Assembly (NCBI GenBank): GCA_963778655.1
Contig: CAVZVA010000009.1
Coordinates: 608,001-672,000 of the forward strand
Length of the DNA: 64,000 nt
Reading direction: 5' to 3'
DNA from: an uncultured delta proteobacterium
GTDB taxonomy: Bacteria; Myxococcota_A; Polyangia; Polyangiales; JAFGIB01
The translations under genes were made by a program, and so were the position numbers. Within the stretch, counting starts at the first letter, position 1, and the number at the start of each line of letters is the position of its first letter. This document shows, piece by piece, positions 57,637-64,000 of this stretch. The notes below the pieces were generated by a model, which saw only the letters and a list, made by a program, of their open reading frames with translations, was not told where the DNA came from and made no database searches.

Positions 57637-59346
57637 CTAGCCTTCGCCTTGGCCTTCGCCTGGGTCCTCGCCGTCGTCCTCGCCGTCGCCCTTCTTGCCG
57701 GCGGGCGGAGGCTTCAGCCCGTACTTCTCCATCTTGTAGATCAGCGCCCTGCGCGAAATGCCGAGGATGCGCGCGGCGTGGGTCTGGTTGTAGTTGTTGT
57801 CCGCCAGCGCCTTGATGATGGCGTCGCGCTCGACCGAGCCGACGTGGTCGCGGAGCCGCCCCTCGGCGTCGAGCATCAGGTCGCCGGGCAGGTGCTCGGC
57901 CAGGATCTCGCCGCCGTCGGCCAGCGTCACCGCGCGCTCCATCGCGTTGCGCAGCTCGAGCACGTTGCCGGGCCAGGAGTAGCTGCGCATGCGGTCGATC
58001 GCCCCGGGCGAGAGCTTGACCGGGCGGTCCGACTTGAACGCCATGGCGAAGTTCTGCGCCAGCGGTACGATGCTCTCGGCGCGCATGCGCAGCGCCGGCA
58101 CGTTGATCCGGCGCGAGCCGATCTTGCCGTAGAGCTCGCGCAGGAACAGGCCGACTTGGCACAGCGCCGCCAGATCGCGGTGCGTGGAGGCGACCACGTT
58201 GTAGTCCTCGCTGCCCTCGGCGAACAGCTTGAGCAGCCGGCGCTGTCCTTGCAGCGGCAGGTCGCCGACCTCCTCCAGCAGCAGCGTGCCGCCGCGCGCG
58301 GACTCGGCAGTGCAGCTGGACACGTCGTCGGCGTTGCTGCCAAAGGCGCGCGCCAGCGACTCGCCGTCGACCAGGCCCGCGCACTGGATCAGCACGAACG
58401 GCCCGTCCTTGCGCGCGCTGCGGTCGTGAAACACCCGCGCGTAGTAGCGCTTGCCGCTGCTCGGCTCGCCCACCAGCAGCAGCGTCGCGTCTTCTTGCGA
58501 AGCGCGCGTGATCTCCTCCAGCACCTGGCGCGTGGCTTGGGTGTGCACGCTGGGGGTGGTGGCCTCGAACTCGAGCGCACCGGTGCGGCAGATGCCGCCG
58601 CCCTGCGCCAGCGCCTTGGCCAGCGCGTCGCGCGCCGCGCGCATCAGCCGCTCGACCGAGTCGCCGTCCTCGGGTGAGACCGCCAGGCCGACCGAGGCGC
58701 GCTCCGAGCCGGAGGTCTCCAGCATGCGCTCGACCACCGCGCGCGCCACGTTGGGCGGCGTGTCGGGCAGGAAGAACTCGATCTCGTCGTGGGCGTAGGT
58801 GCCGACAATGTCGCCCTCGCGAAAGGTGTTGAGCGCGGCGCCCGCGAGCTTGCTGCCGTCGCCGCTGCGGGACTTGAGCATCACCAGGCAGGTCAACCGC
58901 CCGGTGCGGCGCGCGCGCGCCAGCTCCTCGGCCACGCGCTCGGCGAACTCGGGGTGGGTGAGCGAGCGCCGGCCCTTGCGCGCCGGCGCGAAGCTGACGT
59001 TGACCTGCAGCGTGGCCGGGCCGATCTCGATCTCGTCGCCCGGCGTGACCTGCGCGCTGCCGACCACCGGCTCGCCGTTGAGCTCGATCCGCGCGTCCTC
59101 GGCGCCGGCCGTCAGCGCGACCTGCTCGCCGTTCCAGGTCAGGGTGGCGTGCCGCCGCTTGACGTCGGAGACGTCGATGCGGATGTCGGCGTCGGCGTCG
59201 CTGCCGACGCTGAGCTCGTAGAGCGGGACCAGGTCCACGACCCAGCTATGCCCGCCCACGCGGGCCGCCACGAAGGCGCGCAGCTCCCCGGTCGAGAAGC
59301 CGGAACCAGAGCCGTCGCCTCCTCTTGTTTGCGAGCTATTCAGCAT
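57637..59346 (-). CDS. FHA + degenerate GGDEF-like + degenerate sigma-54 AAA + Fis HTH regulator
   Basis: FHA-like N-terminus, EELARARRT...REGDIVG.Y..DE, GEPSSGK, LLLEEV, WPGNVLELRN. No GAFTGA. Confidence 0.8.
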   Translation of the reverse strand: MLNSSQTRGGDGSGSGFSTGELRAFVAARVGGHSWVVDLVPLYELSVGSDADADIRIDVSDVKRRHATLTWNGEQVALTAGAEDARIELNGEPVVGSAQVTPGDEIEIGPATLQVNVSFAPARKGRRSLTHPEFAERVAEELARARRTGRLTCLVMLKSRSGDGSKLAGAALNTFREGDIVGTYAHDEIEFFLPDTPPNVARAVVERMLETSGSERASVGLAVSPEDGDSVERLMRAARDALAKALAQGGGICRTGALEFEATTPSVHTQATRQVLEEITRASQEDATLLLVGEPSSGKRYYARVFHDRSARKDGPFVLIQCAGLVDGESLARAFGSNADDVSSCTAESARGGTLLLEEVGDLPLQGQRRLLKLFAEGSEDYNVVASTHRDLAALCQVGLFLRELYGKIGSRRINVPALRMRAESIVPLAQNFAMAFKSDRPVKLSPGAIDRMRSYSWPGNVLELRNAMERAVTLADGGEILAEHLPGDLMLDAEGRLRDHVGSVERDAIIKALADNNYNQTHAARILGISRRALIYKMEKYGLKPPPAGKKGDGEDDGEDPGEGQGEG

Positions 59347-59680
59347 TTCCAGATCACGATTATGCGCGACTGTTCGCCAGAATATAACCGAAGACTAACC
59401 GCTGCAGGGCGAACCCGCTGCCGGGATCCGACCCGGCCGGAGGCGGGCCCGCCAGGAAATGAGCCCGGATAGGGACATAGTCAACCCGAAATTTGGGGAT
59501 CGCGAGGCCGAGCCTTGAGGGCGAAGGCCGATCCGAGGGATCCTCGGGTGTGCACTCACGCGACGCCGCGCCTGCGCAGCGGGCCGCCCGACGGGCAGCG
59601 GGGCGGCGGTCGGCGCGTGCGGCGCGCCCGACTGCTACCAGCTTCGGGGCGCGGCCGTGTTTCCACTGCGGACGGGCCCT

Positions 59681-60523
59681 GTGAACGAGCAGCTCGTGAG
59701 CCGAGCCAGCGAGCGCTTGGAGGCAGCGCCGCCCGCGCTGCCCGCTCGCGGCCGCGCGTGGCTGCGCTGGCTGGGCGCGGTCGCGGCCTTCGATCTGCTG
59801 CTGCTGTGCGCGCACGCGCTCGGCGCGCGCCTGTCGCTCTCGCCCTTCGTGGCTTACGCGGTCGGCTTCAGCGTGGTTTGCGGCAGCGCGCTGCTGACCT
59901 CGCTGGCGTGTCCGCCGGTGACGCGCCGCGCGCTTCCGATCGCGGCGCTGCTCGCGCTCGCGCTGTGGCCGCTGAGCCAGTACCCGCCGCCCGAGCTGCT
60001 GCTGGCGCTGTGCGTGACCTCCGTGCTGCTGCTCGCCGGCACGCTTTTGGGATCGGTGGTGGGCTTCGCCATCGAGCATCCCGGCCACCTGGTGTTCGTG
60101 GCGATCGTATCCTCGGTCGCGGATCTGCTCAGCGTGTTTCATCCCAGCGGACCGTCGGCGGAGATCGCACAGTCGGAAGCCGCGCTGTCGGTGTTGGCGC
60201 TGCCTTGGCCGATGCTGGGTACGACGCACATCGAGCCCTTCCTCGGCGTGGGCGACGTGGTGTTCACCGCGCTCTACCTCGCCAGCACGCGGCGTCACGG
60301 ATTGCCGTTGTGGCGCTCGGTGCTGGCCTTGACGCTGGGCTTCGGCGTGACCATGGCCGCCGTGCTGGCACTGCAGAGCGCGGTGCCGGCGCTGCCCATG
60401 CTCGGGCTGGCCATGGTCGTGGCCCAGCCCCGGGCGCGCCGGCCCCCGGCCGTCGATCGCGTTCGCGGTTACGCGCTGGCGCTGTTGATCTGCGCGCTGG
60501 CCGCGCTGCTGCTGTTGCGCTGA
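59681..60523 (+). CDS. Polytopic membrane protein, GxGD aspartyl protease-like
   Basis: VADLLSV, LGVGD and VPALP motifs in the expected order within TM segments. Confidence 0.65.
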   Translation: MNEQLVSRASERLEAAPPALPARGRAWLRWLGAVAAFDLLLLCAHALGARLSLSPFVAYAVGFSVVCGSALLTSLACPPVTRRALPIAALLALALWPLSQYPPPELLLALCVTSVLLLAGTLLGSVVGFAIEHPGHLVFVAIVSSVADLLSVFHPSGPSAEIAQSEAALSVLALPWPMLGTTHIEPFLGVGDVVFTALYLASTRRHGLPLWRSVLALTLGFGVTMAAVLALQSAVPALPMLGLAMVVAQPRARRPPAVDRVRGYALALLICALAALLLLR

Positions 60524-60638
60524 GCGCCCTGGCCCGGGGCCCGGCCTGCGGCCCGCCGGCGAGAAACCCCCTTATCCGCGCCCAGCGATCGTGTTACGCA
60601 ATAGGGCTTTCCTCGCGAAGCCCCAGCAGGTAACCAGG

Positions 60639-63010
<2,372 letters not shown>

Positions 63011-63011
<1 letters not shown>

Positions 63012-64000
63012 TGGCGCGCGCGGCGGGGCCGAGCGCGGGCGCGCCGGCCGCGAGCGAAGGGCAGGGCGGCGCGCTCTTCGCCGACTTCGACCCGCGGCGT
63101 GTCGTCTATCAGGACGAGGACCTGATCGTGGTCGACAAGCCGGCCGGCGTGCCGTCGCAGGCGGCCGACCCCAGCCACGACGACGATTTACCGGCGCGGC
63201 TCAAGCGCTGGCTGGCGGCGCGGCGCGGGGTCTCGCCCGAGGCGGTCTACCTCGGCACGCACCAGCGGCTCGACCGTGACACCTCCGGGCTGTTGCTGTA
63301 CACGCTGCGGCGCGAGGCCAACGTCGCGATCGCAGCGCAGCTCGAGGGGCGGCAGGTGGGCAAGACCTATCTGGGCGCGGTCACGGGCGGCGCGCGCTTC
63401 GAGCGCGGGCGGCAGACGCCGCTCGAGCACTTCCTCGCGCGCGGGCCGGACGGGCGCATGCGGGTGGTGGGCGCGCACGCGCGTGGCGCGCGCCGGGCGC
63501 GGACGCGCGTCAGCCTGCGCGAGCGGGCCGGTGAGCGCGCCTTGCTGGAGCTGCAGTGCGACACCGGGCGCACCCATCAGCTGCGCGTGCAGCTCGCGCA
63601 CGCCGGCGCACCGATCGCGGGCGACCGGCTGTACGGCGGGGCGCGCGCGCTGCGGCTGTTGCTGCACGCGAGCGCATTGCGGCTGCGCCACCCGCGCGAC
63701 GGCCGGCCGCTGTTGCTGCAGGCGCCACCGCCGCTGGAGCTCGCGCACTGGCTCGCCCACGGCGCGGTGGACGCCAGCTCCGACCCGGCGTTGCTGCGGC
63801 GTGCGCTCGAGCTCGCGCTGCAGGCGCGCTACCGCTTGGGGCGTGCGCGCGTCGCGCCGCAGCCCACCACTGCGTTTCGCCTGTTCGACCGCGGCGGGGA
63901 CGGTTCCGACGATCTGGCGCTCGATCTGTACGGCGAGCACCTGGTCGCCCACTTCTTCGGCGAGGGCGAGCCGAGCGGCGAGGGCCGCGTGCTCGATGCG
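63011..64000 (+). CDS. RluA-family pseudouridine synthase fused to an RlmI-like methyltransferase N-terminus (partial)
   Basis: VVDKPAG, HQRLDRDTSG, TGRTHQLR, GDRLYG, then AFRLF....DG...LALDLYG. Runs off the window end, so it is absent from the ORF track. Confidence 0.85.

Overview
GC-rich window, most likely from a myxobacterium (Myxococcota/Polyangia). This is inferred from long Cys-rich exported proteins, several sigma-54 promoters and enhancer-binding proteins, and an FHA-EBP. It has three zones. (1) 1-17 kb: Cys-rich surface proteins, a fatty acyl-AMP ligase, greB, and a small sigma-54 module (DUF4398/OmpA, a 61-aa zinc-ribbon protein, NtrC-type EBP, GlsB/YeaQ-like, receiver, SPFH). (2) About 17-56.5 kb: a decaying accessory region ending at the 3' end of tmRNA. 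It holds orphan secreted proteins, IS66/IS3/IS91 debris, a deletion-damaged group II intron, and two copies of a DUF222-HNH gene flanking a vapBC pair. It also has two different tRNA-Phe 3' fragments, five toxin-antitoxin-type modules, a PLD-helicase-DUF3427 gene and a DUF1016_N-thermonuclease fusion. (3) 56.5-64 kb: core-like genes (ssrA, sspB, FHA-GGDEF-like EBP, a GxGD membrane protease-like gene, a HelD/UvrD-like helicase, an RluA-methyltransferase fusion). The least explained signals are a dispersed intergenic element with core GCTGGCAGATGATC, twice next to gene truncations, and an in-frame array of parS-like 16-bp palindromes inside the HNH genes. No CRISPR array and no integrase were seen. 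All family assignments come from motif recognition by eye, not database searches.
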